From the IMG/VR virus record IMGVR_UViG_3300049846_000628, positions 147,202-211,201 of that record: a stretch of 64,000 nucleotides of DNA. The stretch is one strand, 5' to 3'. This document shows, piece after piece, positions 46,544-57,700 of the stretch; position 1 is the first letter of the stretch, and each line of letters begins with the position of its first letter. The notes under the pieces were generated by a model. The model saw only the letters and a program-made list of their open reading frames with translations, had not been told where the DNA came from and searched no databases. Position numbers and translations under genes: made by a program.

Positions 46544-47966
46544 GGATAAACTCTCCAAAATTCTTTTTAATTTCATTAATGAGATTTATATCTCCAGCAA
46601 CTACACCCAATCCATTACAATGCCCAAAGTTTGTTTTAGGTAAATTAATTTCTTTAAAGAATCTACTCACACCAAACTTAGGGTCATCAACCATAGTATC
46701 ATGCATTAATATTATACCATTTTCTTTTACAAATGGAATCCACTTTTCAAAATCATTTCTGACTGCTTCATAAGTATGAAGACCATCAATATGCAAAATA
46801 TCAATTGGTTTATTCCAAGTTTTAACAACATCGTCAAAGAACCCTTTGATAATTGTAACATTATTCAATTCAAGTTCTTTAACTTTATCTCTCACATATT
46901 CATAAGTATCTCTTTCTCCAGCACAAATATCTCCTTCAAAACTATCAATACCATAAACTTGACCGATTTCTGGAAGTGCAAAACAGAATGTTGAGTATCC
47001 ATAATCCACACCCAAATCAACAATTGTTTCTGGTTGCTTTCTACGAACTAACCAATCTGCAAACTGTCTATGGTCTCTCCAGTTGAATAAGTTTTTACTT
47101 CCAACTTCCATTAATACATCTAACTTATTCCTATTATATTTCGTCTCATCTTTTTCAACATCATCACGATACATTTCTGGAGGATAATAAGTGAAGTATC
47201 TTTCAAGACCTTGATTATCGTATTGATGATGACGACGATAATGGAAACAATGTTGCTTTGGAAGTCCTGTAGCCATCCATAATTCAAAACAATAACGATA
47301 GTTCTGTAACTCTCTCATCATTGCTTCTACATCCATATACTCTTCAATTTTGAGTGGATGCTTCAGTTTGCGGATGTAATCATTTCGTGCCCACCAGAAG
47401 TTTCCTGCATAATGTTGAACAACAAAATCAAGTTTGATGTCGTGTCTTTCTACCCAGTCAACACCACAACAATCATAACCTTCGTCTAGTTTTGCAATAC
47501 AGTCTTCCCACTTTTCAATATTATAATACTGCATATAGTGTCTCCAGTCCTTGATCGCACCAGGAATATGGGTTGAATAAGAACTCATTCCTTTATTATG
47601 GAAGTAGAAGACATAACCATCCTCTTGAAGACAATGCTCATAAATCTTTGCAAGTGTTTGACCTTCATAAAGATTTGGTTGTTCCCCCACACCTCTCATA
47701 TCAATGATGTTTACAAATGGGAATCTGTCTTTGATATATCCAGTCACCATTTGGTCATATGAATGTCCTGTTTTGGAATTATAAAGACCAAGAGGTAGGG
47801 TAATACACATATTAATGGTTGCCTTATCAGCAAGACCAGTGGACTTCAACAGACTCATCTGTTCATCCACCCACCAAATCCACATATTGTTGGTGTCTGG
47901 AATATAAAGATGATAGAAAACTGCGATAGTTTTTGGATTTTTCTTTTCGTTAGTATAATTCAACAT
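46533..47966 (-). CDS. fusion: glycosyltransferase-like N-domain plus SAM methyltransferase
   Basis: N: FYFHNKG...HYAGNFWWARNDYI; C: IVDLGVDYGYS...IDILHIDGLHTYEAV...GIILMHD. Confidence 0.75.
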   Translation of the reverse strand: MLNYTNEKKNPKTIAVFYHLYIPDTNNMWIWWVDEQMSLLKSTGLADKATINMCITLPLGLYNSKTGHSYDQMVTGYIKDRFPFVNIIDMRGVGEQPNLYEGQTLAKIYEHCLQEDGYVFYFHNKGMSSYSTHIPGAIKDWRHYMQYYNIEKWEDCIAKLDEGYDCCGVDWVERHDIKLDFVVQHYAGNFWWARNDYIRKLKHPLKIEEYMDVEAMMRELQNYRYCFELWMATGLPKQHCFHYRRHHQYDNQGLERYFTYYPPEMYRDDVEKDETKYNRNKLDVLMEVGSKNLFNWRDHRQFADWLVRRKQPETIVDLGVDYGYSTFCFALPEIGQVYGIDSFEGDICAGERDTYEYVRDKVKELELNNVTIIKGFFDDVVKTWNKPIDILHIDGLHTYEAVRNDFEKWIPFVKENGIILMHDTMVDDPKFGVSRFFKEINLPKTNFGHCNGLGVVAGDINLINEIKKNFGEFIREI

Positions 47967-48655
47967 ACAATATTACTCTTAATGTGTCCAACAATAATGT
48001 TGGGGTCTACATAAACCTTATGACCCTGCTCTGCGACCCTCTCACAGAAGTATAAGTCTTCTCCAAGTGGAAGTTCATAAGTTACTCCATCTACCTCTTG
48101 AATGACCTTCCCAAGACCAAACCAGGGTCTTTTGAGTGATTCAAAGACACCAGACTTGATGCACATAAATCCCATACCAACACCATAAACTTCAATCGGT
48201 TCTCCTAGTTGTTGAAGAAGTTGAAGTTCTTCTCTTGTGGTTGGTTTAAAATCATTTTTTTGTTTGTGTATCATTGCATCATTTCCCTGTGCCTCAAAGT
48301 ACACAGCAGAAATAACTGACTTATCACTTGCATAAAGTCTTAGAAACTGCTCTGGATTCCAGACAATATCACTATCAATACAGAAGATTTTATCATAAGT
48401 GTATTGACCTTTACCTGGTGCAGAATTAAAGACTTCTAGATTTCTTGAACCTGTAATCGTTGCTTCTCTTGCATTTGTAATAATAGAAGCATACTCGTTC
48501 TGGTATAACCAAGAAATATTATTTGCTTGAAGTGTATGAATCGTTGCGAGCAGACACTTTACATAGTCCGCACACATTGAATTACCTGGAGTTGTAATCA
48601 CCACATTAAAATGTGGTTTTGTCTCTTGTTGCTGTGAATTAGAATAATTTAGCAT
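47960..48655 (-). CDS. GT-A fold glycosyltransferase (GT2-like)
   Basis: FCIDSDIVW (DxD), GMGFMCIKSGVFE, LGEDLYFC, GHIK; ATG at 48655. Confidence 0.8.
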   Translation of the reverse strand: MLNYSNSQQQETKPHFNVVITTPGNSMCADYVKCLLATIHTLQANNISWLYQNEYASIITNAREATITGSRNLEVFNSAPGKGQYTYDKIFCIDSDIVWNPEQFLRLYASDKSVISAVYFEAQGNDAMIHKQKNDFKPTTREELQLLQQLGEPIEVYGVGMGFMCIKSGVFESLKRPWFGLGKVIQEVDGVTYELPLGEDLYFCERVAEQGHKVYVDPNIIVGHIKSNIVC

Positions 48656-48660
48656 AAGAT

Positions 48661-49383
48661 TTAAATAGTAATCATTTTCTGGTGACCGACACGAACTTTT
48701 GGATGAACCCAAATATCAAACCCATACTTGCGGAAGTCTTCACACATAGAGATGTCTTCAGAGCAGACATCTTCAAGAATAGTCCCATCTGGTTTCTTGA
48801 GTTGAATCACTCTCGGAACAAACCAAGGATAAGGAATTTTTTCATAGACACCTTTCTTAATCAACATCCAACCAAAACCACAATAATCTACTTTAAAAGG
48901 TTCTGTTCTGCGAGACATATCTTCAACAGTCTCATACTTATTAGAACCTTTCTCATAAAGTTCTTGTTGATTCATTCTTTCTACAACAGTAGATTGATTG
49001 GAAAGAATCCCACCATTTGATTGAACATACCAACCAGCAGCAATATCCTTATTCATTTTAAGAAGTTCAATCAGGTCTTCTGTCTTGAAGATAATATCAC
49101 TATCAATCCACATAATATAATCATAAGGAACCTGTCCTCTAAAAGGAGTGAGCATCGTTCCTGCATAATTATCTGCCTGCAAACAATCAGTTCGTGCGTG
49201 ATTCACCATTGAACTGTATTGTTGGGAGATATAAAAATTAATTCCTTGTTGATTCAGGTCAAACAGTAATCTTATGAACTGAGTCATAAAAGTTCCAGAA
49301 TACATCAATCCTGGAAGACAGAAAGCAATGGTTTTTCCTTTAAGACTTGTACTTGTCGTTTGATTTGTATAATTCAGGGGCAT
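48661..49383 (-). CDS. GT-A fold glycosyltransferase (GT2-like), paralogue of the neighbour
   Basis: MWIDSDIIF (DxD), GFGWMLIKKGVYE, SEDISMC, GHQK. Confidence 0.8.
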   Translation of the reverse strand: MPLNYTNQTTSTSLKGKTIAFCLPGLMYSGTFMTQFIRLLFDLNQQGINFYISQQYSSMVNHARTDCLQADNYAGTMLTPFRGQVPYDYIMWIDSDIIFKTEDLIELLKMNKDIAAGWYVQSNGGILSNQSTVVERMNQQELYEKGSNKYETVEDMSRRTEPFKVDYCGFGWMLIKKGVYEKIPYPWFVPRVIQLKKPDGTILEDVCSEDISMCEDFRKYGFDIWVHPKVRVGHQKMITI

Positions 49384-49428
49384 ACAATAAAGTCATATTG
49401 AATTCATTCTATCATATCTAGGCAAGTT

Positions 49429-52400
49429 TTACCACCAGGTAATTTTTACGTATCCATTTCCACCATCACCACCAACACCAAATTTGTTTTGTTCTATGGA
49501 GTATCCACCTCCACCTCCACCACCACCACGAGTTCCATTTCCTCCGTGTCCTGCTGCTGATGCTGTGGTGTCTGATGCTGTTATAAGTCCACCACTAGTA
49601 CCACCAGATACAAAAAGATTATTACCAAAAATAATATTATTTAAAACAAAAGAAACCCCAGTAGTTCTAGCAATCCACACAATAGTATCAGTTGAAGTTC
49701 TCAATTGAGAAGAATCACCACATAAAACATAGATATTATTCCCATATGTAAGTCCCCTTAAAGTATTTCCAGAAAATCCAACAGTTCTTAATTGCCAAGT
49801 GATTGCATCAGTTGAGATATTTACAGTCATGGGGAAAGTACCACCACCAGCAACATAGAGATTGTTTGCGTAGGTGATCGCAGTAATACCATTAGAACCA
49901 AAACTAGCAGTTCTTAAGGTCCAGGTGATTGTATCTGTTGAGGTGTTTAATACTCCAGAAGCACCACCAGCAACATAAGTATTGTTTCCAAAAGTGATAT
50001 TATTAATAGCATTACCACCAAAACCAGAAGTTCTTAAGGTCCAAGTAATTGTGTCTGTTGATGTACTTAACCTTCCACTAATACCACCAACAATATGAAT
50101 ACCATTACCAAAAGTAAGAGTATACCAAGTACCACCATACCCAGAAGTTCTTAACTCCCAAGTGATTGCGTCTGTTGAAGTGTTTAATGTTCCACCATTA
50201 TCTGCAGTGATATAAGTATTGTTTGCAAAAATAATAGCATTAATACTCGCAGTAGAATTCCCAGAAGTTCTTAAGGTCCAAGTGATTGCGTCTGTTGAAG
50301 TATTTAATGTACCATTAGCACCAGCAGCAACATAAGTATTGTTTCCAAAAGTGATATTATTAATAGCATTACCACCAAAACCAGCAGTTCTTGCATACCA
50401 ACTATTAATTCCAGTGCTCAAAGCACCTCCACCACCTCCACCAGAACCATAAGACCCAGTATAACTTCCAGGAATACCATCAGCACCATTACCACCAGTA
50501 TTACTTCCACCACTCGTTGTAGCAGTATTTCCATAATAATAAGAAACTGAATTACCTCCTGTATTGGTATTATATGCTCCTCCTCCACCACCAGAAACTT
50601 GGAATGCACTTGCTTGTGTAGAAGAGTTTGAAGTTGCTAATGCTGATAATCCAGCACCACCAGCACCACCAGCAGTAGTATAAAGATTATTTGTTGTTGC
50701 AACTAAAGATGAACCTTGGGTTCCTGCTGTGGTTGCTGTATCACTTGCTCCACCACCAGTAGCAGCAGTTAATTGATAAGTCGCAGTACCTGTTGGAGTA
50801 TTTCCAATCCAAGTAACACTTGATCCACTACCAGAACTTCCACCACCAGAACTAACACCACCAGCAACAAAGACTGTTCCGTATGTGAGTGCGTTGATGT
50901 TTTGTGCCTTAAAGAGTGAGGTTCTTTGCGTCCAAGTGATTGTGTCTGTAGATGATGCAAGAACTCCAGAAGCACCTGCTGTTATGTAGAGATTGTTTGT
51001 GTATGAGAGGGCATTTAATTGTGTGGTGGTTCCTGAAGTTCTTAAAGTCCAAACAATTGTATCTGTTGAGGTTACTATGACTCCAAGAGTACTACCAGCA
51101 ACATAAAGATTATTTCCAAATATTAATCCTAATATAGTATTAATTATTCCAGAAGTTCTTAAAGTCCATTGAATTGCGTTTGTTGAAGTGTTTAATACTC
51201 CAGAATCACCAGCAACAACATAAGTATTATTTGCAAAAGTGAGAGCATAAAAAGTTTGTGCAGTATTTGAAGTTCTTAAAGTCCAGGTGATTGCGTCTGT
51301 TGAAGTAAGTAATCTTCCAGCAGGGCAACCAGCAACGTAAGTATTATTTGCAAAAACAAGAGCATTATGAGATACAGTAGTACCAGCAGTTCTTAAAGTC
51401 CAAATAATTGTGTCCGTTGAAGTTATCAGTCTACCAGCATTATCACCTGCAACATAAGTATCAGTAGGACTATTACCATAAGTTAACGATGAAAAAGTTG
51501 TAATTGAAGAATAACCAGTTGTTCTAATTCTCCAAGTAACTCCATTATCAGTAGATACTGTAATTCCAGATGCCGTAAAAAGTGCAACATAGTATGGATT
51601 ATTATACAATAGTTTTTGAACTGAATAAGTAAGACCAGATCCACCAGGAACAGTCTCCCATACAATTCCATCAGTACTCGTACTCATTCCACGATTGTTT
51701 CCACCACGACCACCAGCACCAACAGTCACGGTCATCGTAGAAGCACTTCCAAGTTCTCCACGACGAATTAACCAAGAATTATAAGCACCAGAACCACCAC
51801 CACCACCAGAACCTAATGTTCCCGTAACTCTTCCTGATGCTCCGCCTCCACCACCACCGATTGCTTCAATGTAAAACTGGGTTGCTGTTGGAGGAATAAA
51901 GAATGTTCCAGAACTTGTGAATTCTTGAGAACCTTTGTATGATACTGGGTCTTGTGGTGTGGTTGTTGTAGCATTTATGGGTTCCCAGATTTTTTGAGTT
52001 GCTTGGGAAGTTATTATTTCACCACCACCAACAAATGCAGTATAAGCATTGTTTGCAAAAACTATTCCATTAATAGAATTAGTAACTAAAGAAGTTCTTA
52101 TGGACCAAATAATAGTATCTGTTGAAGTAATTAATGTTCCATTAGAACCACCAGCAACGTAAGTATTATTTCCATAAGTAAGATTTCTTATATTTTGACC
52201 AGTACCAGTAGTTCTTAAGGTCCAAGTGATTGCATCGGTTGAGGTACTTAATTTTCCAGAACCACCACCAGCAACATAAGCGTTATTAAGAAAATTGAGA
52301 ACGATAATAGCATCACCACCAAAACCAGAAGTTCTTGCGACCCATACAATTCCATTTATTGAAGTCTTTATAATTCCAGCAACACCACCAGCAACATAAG

Positions 52401-52971
52401 TATTATTTGCAAAAGTAACACTTTGAATATATTGAGAACCACCAAAGTTAGAAGTTCTTAAGGTCCAAGTAATAGCATCTGTTGAAGTGTTTAATACTCC
52501 ACTATCACCAGCAGCAATATAAAGATTATTAGCAAAAGTAAGAGCATAAATGATAGTAGTAGCAAAACCAGAAGTTCTTAAGGTCCAAGTGATTGCGTCT
52601 GTTGAAGTGTTTAAGATACCAGAAAAACCACCAGCAACATAAAAAGTTGAATAAGTAAGAGCATTGATATTAGAGAGACCAAATCCAGAAGTTCTTGAAG
52701 TCCAGGTAACTGCGTCTGTTGAGGTATTCAATCTTCCAGAAACACCACCAGCAACATAAAAAGTTGTGTAAACATTAGCACCTAAACCTGACACAGAACC
52801 AGAAGTCCTCAACACCCAATACTGAGCACCAGGATAAACTGCTAAAAATCTTCCAGCATTTCCAGTTAAACTTGGAAGAGCATTATCATCAAGATATTGA
52901 CGATTTACAGCATCAGTCGTACCAGATACTACACTTACACTAGTAACCTTATTGCTGTCTAATGTTGCCAT
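49429..52971 (-). CDS. fibre/adhesin with beta-propeller repeats inside a glycine-rich domain
   Basis: DAVNRQYLD fibre motif; STDAITWTLRT repeats; C-terminal GGNGYVKITWW. Confidence 0.8.
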   Translation of the reverse strand: MATLDSNKVTSVSVVSGTTDAVNRQYLDDNALPSLTGNAGRFLAVYPGAQYWVLRTSGSVSGLGANVYTTFYVAGGVSGRLNTSTDAVTWTSRTSGFGLSNINALTYSTFYVAGGFSGILNTSTDAITWTLRTSGFATTIIYALTFANNLYIAAGDSGVLNTSTDAITWTLRTSNFGGSQYIQSVTFANNTYVAGGVAGIIKTSINGIVWVARTSGFGGDAIIVLNFLNNAYVAGGGSGKLSTSTDAITWTLRTTGTGQNIRNLTYGNNTYVAGGSNGTLITSTDTIIWSIRTSLVTNSINGIVFANNAYTAFVGGGEIITSQATQKIWEPINATTTTPQDPVSYKGSQEFTSSGTFFIPPTATQFYIEAIGGGGGGASGRVTGTLGSGGGGGSGAYNSWLIRRGELGSASTMTVTVGAGGRGGNNRGMSTSTDGIVWETVPGGSGLTYSVQKLLYNNPYYVALFTASGITVSTDNGVTWRIRTTGYSSITTFSSLTYGNSPTDTYVAGDNAGRLITSTDTIIWTLRTAGTTVSHNALVFANNTYVAGCPAGRLLTSTDAITWTLRTSNTAQTFYALTFANNTYVVAGDSGVLNTSTNAIQWTLRTSGIINTILGLIFGNNLYVAGSTLGVIVTSTDTIVWTLRTSGTTTQLNALSYTNNLYITAGASGVLASSTDTITWTQRTSLFKAQNINALTYGTVFVAGGVSSGGGSSGSGSSVTWIGNTPTGTATYQLTAATGGGASDTATTAGTQGSSLVATTNNLYTTAGGAGGAGLSALATSNSSTQASAFQVSGGGGGAYNTNTGGNSVSYYYGNTATTSGGSNTGGNGADGIPGSYTGSYGSGGGGGGALSTGINSWYARTAGFGGNAINNITFGNNTYVAAGANGTLNTSTDAITWTLRTSGNSTASINAIIFANNTYITADNGGTLNTSTDAITWELRTSGYGGTWYTLTFGNGIHIVGGISGRLSTSTDTITWTLRTSGFGGNAINNITFGNNTYVAGGASGVLNTSTDTITWTLRTASFGSNGITAITYANNLYVAGGGTFPMTVNISTDAITWQLRTVGFSGNTLRGLTYGNNIYVLCGDSSQLRTSTDTIVWIARTTGVSFVLNNIIFGNNLFVSGGTSGGLITASDTTASAAGHGGNGTRGGGGGGGGYSIEQNKFGVGGDGGNGYVKITWW

Positions 52972-53000
52972 TGTCTTCTATCTTCCATAAGGGTATTTAT

Positions 53001-54776
53001 TTACCACCAGGTAATCTTCACGTAACCATCACCACCATTTCCACCAGAACCAAAAGTAGAACCGATAGAAGCACCACCACCTCCACCACCACCACGAGCA
53101 CCATTTCCACCAGTTGCTGCAATAGAAACACTTGCACCTCCACCACCTCCACCAGAACCATAAGGAAGTCCAGAGATTACAATAGCATTAGTTCCATTTG
53201 TTCCTGTAGAGTCTCCACCAGATGCTGATGTTGTGATTCCATATACGTTGATTACTCCACCAGAACCACCAGCACTTGAAGTAGAACCAGCACCACTTCC
53301 ACCACCTGTTGGTTGGAATTGATTAGTTTGTGCTGTTGCTGTGATACCTATTCCTGGAGATTGATTTGCCCCAGAAAGTCCTGCAGTGGTATAAAAAGAA
53401 CTTGATTGACTTGTGAGTTGTGCTGCTCCTGCTGCTGTTCCAGAACCACCAGATGCTGTGATTGTATAAGTTCCTCCAGGTCCAGTCCAGGATACTGTGG
53501 TTCCTGCTCCTGCTGAACCTGTTGCTGCGTCTGTGGTTGCTCCTGCTCCACCAACACCAGGATTGATTGTGAGGTTTGATGATACAATTGCTTTTGGAAT
53601 ATACCAGGAAGTATAAGAACCTGCACCTCCTCCTGCTCCTGATGCTTGGGAGTATGAGGTGTGTAATGAAGTTGGACCACCTGAACCTGAAAAAAGGAAT
53701 GTATTGTTTCCATAAGTAGAACTTATTAATAATGTCGTACTAACAAAAGTTCTTAAGGTCCAAGTGATTGCGTCTGTTGAAGTATTGAGTCTTCCCGAAT
53801 CACCACCAGCAACATAAATGTTGTTTCCAAAGGTAAGAGTACGAATATTATTAGCACCAAAACCAGAAGTTCTCAGAGTCCAAGTGATTGCGTCTGTTGA
53901 GGTATTTAAGACTCCACTATTACCACCAGCAACATAAAAAGTTGTATAAGTAAAAACATTAATAGTAGTATTAAACCCAGAAGTTCTTAAGGTCCAAGTG
54001 ATTGCGTCTGTTGAAGTGTTTAAGATACCAGAAAAACCACCAGCAAGAAAAATACCATTTCCAAAACCAACAGAAGACGAACCTCCAATACCTCCACCAG
54101 TTCTCAGAGTCCAATTTATGGTATCGGTTGATGATTCTAAAGGTAGACCAGTACCAGTGGCGAGGTAAATACTATTTCCAAAGGTAATTCCAGTTACCAT
54201 ACCTGCAGTAGTTCTCAATATCCAAGTGATTGTATCTGTCGATGTAGTTAAAAATACATTTCCACCAACAAAATAATTACCATTAAGATACTCTGCAGAA
54301 GATGGACTAGTATTGAATACAGCAGTTCTCAAAATCCAAGAAATTGCATCTGTTGATACGACTATTGTGTTAGAATTTACTCCAGAAATAAACAGAGAAT
54401 TTCCAAAAGTAACATTACCACCACCAGAACTAGATATGTTTATAGCAGTTCTAATTGTCCAAGTAACTCCTGCCTGTGCTGTTGTCTGCCCCGCACTTCC
54501 TCCACCGCCAGCACCAACTGCTTCAATAAACAAAAGGTTTGTATAACTTGGAACTGTAAAAGTCTGTGCTCCAGTTGATGTAAATTCCTGATAGTTAGAA
54601 ACATAATCCCAAGAAAGACTTGTTCCATCAGTTGTAAGTAAAAACTTACCAGCATTACCAGTTTGTGATGGTAAGGGTTGTGCATTAGCATCTACATAAT
54701 CCTTATTGACTACATCAGTTGAAGCAAAGACTGTTGTAGTAATACCAGAAATAAAATTAGAACCTGCGGTAGTCAT
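53001..54776 (-). CDS. fibre/adhesin with beta-propeller repeats, paralogue
   Basis: DVVNKDYVD, LPSQTGNAGKFL, QEFTSTG...IEAVGAGGGG, STDAITWTLRT repeats, GGDGYVKITWW. Confidence 0.8.
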   Translation of the reverse strand: MTTAGSNFISGITTTVFASTDVVNKDYVDANAQPLPSQTGNAGKFLLTTDGTSLSWDYVSNYQEFTSTGAQTFTVPSYTNLLFIEAVGAGGGGSAGQTTAQAGVTWTIRTAINISSSGGGNVTFGNSLFISGVNSNTIVVSTDAISWILRTAVFNTSPSSAEYLNGNYFVGGNVFLTTSTDTITWILRTTAGMVTGITFGNSIYLATGTGLPLESSTDTINWTLRTGGGIGGSSSVGFGNGIFLAGGFSGILNTSTDAITWTLRTSGFNTTINVFTYTTFYVAGGNSGVLNTSTDAITWTLRTSGFGANNIRTLTFGNNIYVAGGDSGRLNTSTDAITWTLRTFVSTTLLISSTYGNNTFLFSGSGGPTSLHTSYSQASGAGGGAGSYTSWYIPKAIVSSNLTINPGVGGAGATTDAATGSAGAGTTVSWTGPGGTYTITASGGSGTAAGAAQLTSQSSSFYTTAGLSGANQSPGIGITATAQTNQFQPTGGGSGAGSTSSAGGSGGVINVYGITTSASGGDSTGTNGTNAIVISGLPYGSGGGGGGASVSIAATGGNGARGGGGGGGASIGSTFGSGGNGGDGYVKITWW

Positions 54777-54790
54777 TTAGTTATCCTCCT

Positions 54791-57700
54791 TTAGTACCAA
54801 CTGATACGAACATATCCATCACCACCAGTTCCTCCAGTACCTGCGGTGTTTGTGGTTTCTTCATATCCACCTCCACCACCTCCACCACCTTTAGAACCAG
54901 CACCTCCTGCTCCTGCGGTAATTGTTGGTGAAGTATATAATGCTCCAGTTAGACCAGCAGCAACATAAGTATTATTTCCGTATGTGAAAGCATACGGAGT
55001 AGGATTAGACCCTACAGTTCTTGCAGTCCAAACAATTGCGTCTGTAGATGCATGTAATCTAAATGTTCCACCATAAAGATATAAATTATTTTGATAGATA
55101 AGGGCATTAATACCAGAACTCTCACTAGAAGTTCTTAAAGTCCAAGTGATTGCGTCTGTTGAAGTAGTTAATACTCCAGAAGCACCAGCAGAAACATAAA
55201 TATTATTTCCAAAAGTAAATGCATTAATATTATTAGTAGCAAACCCAGAAGTTCTTAAAGTCCAAGTGATTGCGTCTGTTGAAGTGTTTAATACTCCAGA
55301 AGAACCACCAGCAACATAAAAAGTTGTGTAAATAAGAACATTAAGTTGAGTAGTAGCACTAGAAGTTCTTAAAGTCCAAGTGATTGCGTCTGTTGAAGTA
55401 TTTAATGTTCCAGAAACACCACCAGCAACATAAGTATTATTTCCAAAAGTAAGAGCATTAATACCCAAAGGTAATCCAGAAGTTCTTAAAGTCCAAGTGA
55501 TTGCGTCTGTTGAAGTGTTTAATACTCCAGAAGAACCACCAGCAACATAAAAAGTTGTGTAAATAAGAACATTAAGTTGAGTAGTAGCACTAGAAGTTCT
55601 TAAAGTCCAAGTGATTGCGTCTGTTGAAGTATTTAATGTTCCAGAAACACCACCAGCAACATAAGTATTATTTCCAAAAGTGAGAGCATAAAGATTATTA
55701 CCACCAGTATTAGAAGTTCTTGTAGTCCATAAAAGTGCATTATCACTTGCAGCACCTCCACCACTTCCACCACCACCATAAGAAAGTCCAGTAACATTAG
55801 GTCCTAAACTTCCATTCACTTCAATTGATGTATTTGCTGCTGTGTTTGCATAATAATTAATCGTTCCTGCACCACCACCAAGAACACCAGCATTTACATT
55901 ATAAACAATTGAATGAGAACCAGAACCACCACCAGTTGTTTGATATGAAAGTGTTGATGTTGCTGCTGCCGTTGGTGTTGTACCTGGATAAAGAGAAGAT
56001 GCACCAGCAGCACCTGCACTTGCTCTTAAGTAATTAAAGTTTCTATTTGGAACTGTACCACCAGCACCAGCACCATAAGCAGTAGCACCAGAACCACCAT
56101 TCGCAGTGACTGTATAAGTTCCAGCAGGTCCAGTCCAGGATACTGTAGTGTTTGAACCTGCTTGTGCTGATAGGTCTAGTGCTGTGAGAGTTCCTGATTC
56201 TCCTCCAGCAAGATAAGTATTGTTTCCAAAAGTAAGAGCATAAATGAAATTAGTACCAAATCCAGAAGTTCTTAAAGTCCAAACAATTGCATTTGTTGAA
56301 GTGTTTAATACTCCTCCACTACCAGCAACAAAGTAATTACCGTTTTGGTAAATGAAATTACTATAAATTCCATTAGTACCAAATCCAGAGGTTCTTAAAG
56401 TCCAAACAATTGCATCTGTTGATGTTACTAAACTAGCAGTTCCTCCACCAGAAGGAACTGAACCTGCAAGATATAGATTATTTGCATAAAAAACACTTTT
56501 AACTTGATTAGTTACTAATGAAGAAGTTCTTAAAGTCCATTCAATTGCATTTGTTGAAGTGATTATTATTCCATTAAGACATCCAGCAACATAAGTATTA
56601 TTTCCAAAAGTAATAGAATAAATTGTATCTAAACCAATACCAGCAGTTCTTAAAGTCCAAGTGATTGCGTCTGTTGAAGTATTAATTTTTCCATTATCAC
56701 CACCAACAACATAAGTATTGTTTGCGAAAGTAAGAACATTAATTTGAGTAGTACCAAACCCAGAAGTTCTTAAGATCCAAGTGATTGCGTCTGTTGAAGT
56801 GTTTAATGGACTAGGAAAACTACCACCAAGAATATAGAATGATGTATAGAGGAGAGTACGAACAGAAGCAATAGCACCAGAACCAGCAGTTCTTAAGGTC
56901 CAAGTGATTGTGTCTGTTGACGTAATTAATCTTCCACTAAGACCACCAACAACATAAAGATTACTTGCATAAATTGCTGATAGATAAATTGATGTAGTAC
57001 CAGAAGTTCTTAAAGTCCAACTATTAGATATGTTTTGCCCACCACCAGTTCCACCAGCACCAACACTTACATTAAATGAAGACCCTGTGATTTGAGTTCT
57101 ATCAAGTTCCCAAGTCACTGATGCTCCACCCCCACCACCAGGACCACCAGAACCAAGACGAACTGGAGAAGCAGAAAGAGCACCAGAAGCACCAGCAGTT
57201 ATAAAGGTATTACCGACACCAACATCACCAATTAAGTTTGCGGTAGTACCAGAAGTTCTTGCAATCCAAGTAATTGCATCTGTTGAGGATAAAATACGTC
57301 CAGAGTCTCCATTTGCTACATAAGTGGAACCACTGAAAGAAAGACCACGAAGAATTGATGTTGTACCTGAAGTTCTTAGAGTCCAAGTATTAGAATCCGT
57401 AGAAGTTACAATTGCACCAGAACCACCAGCAGCAACATAAAGATTGTTTCCATAAACAACTGCATTTAGGTTTTGTGTGGTATTTGATACTATTGCACCA
57501 CTTGCAGTCCAAATAATTGCATCAGTAGAAGTATTAATTGCTCCACTATTACGAACCGCAACATAATTACTTGAAGGTGTTGCAGTATATACTAAACCAT
57601 TAATTGAATTTGATGTATCTGTTGTAGTTCTAAAAGACCAAGTAATTGTGTCTGTGGATGTTTGAAGAACACCGTTTTGTACTAGGTCTGTAAGACTTGA

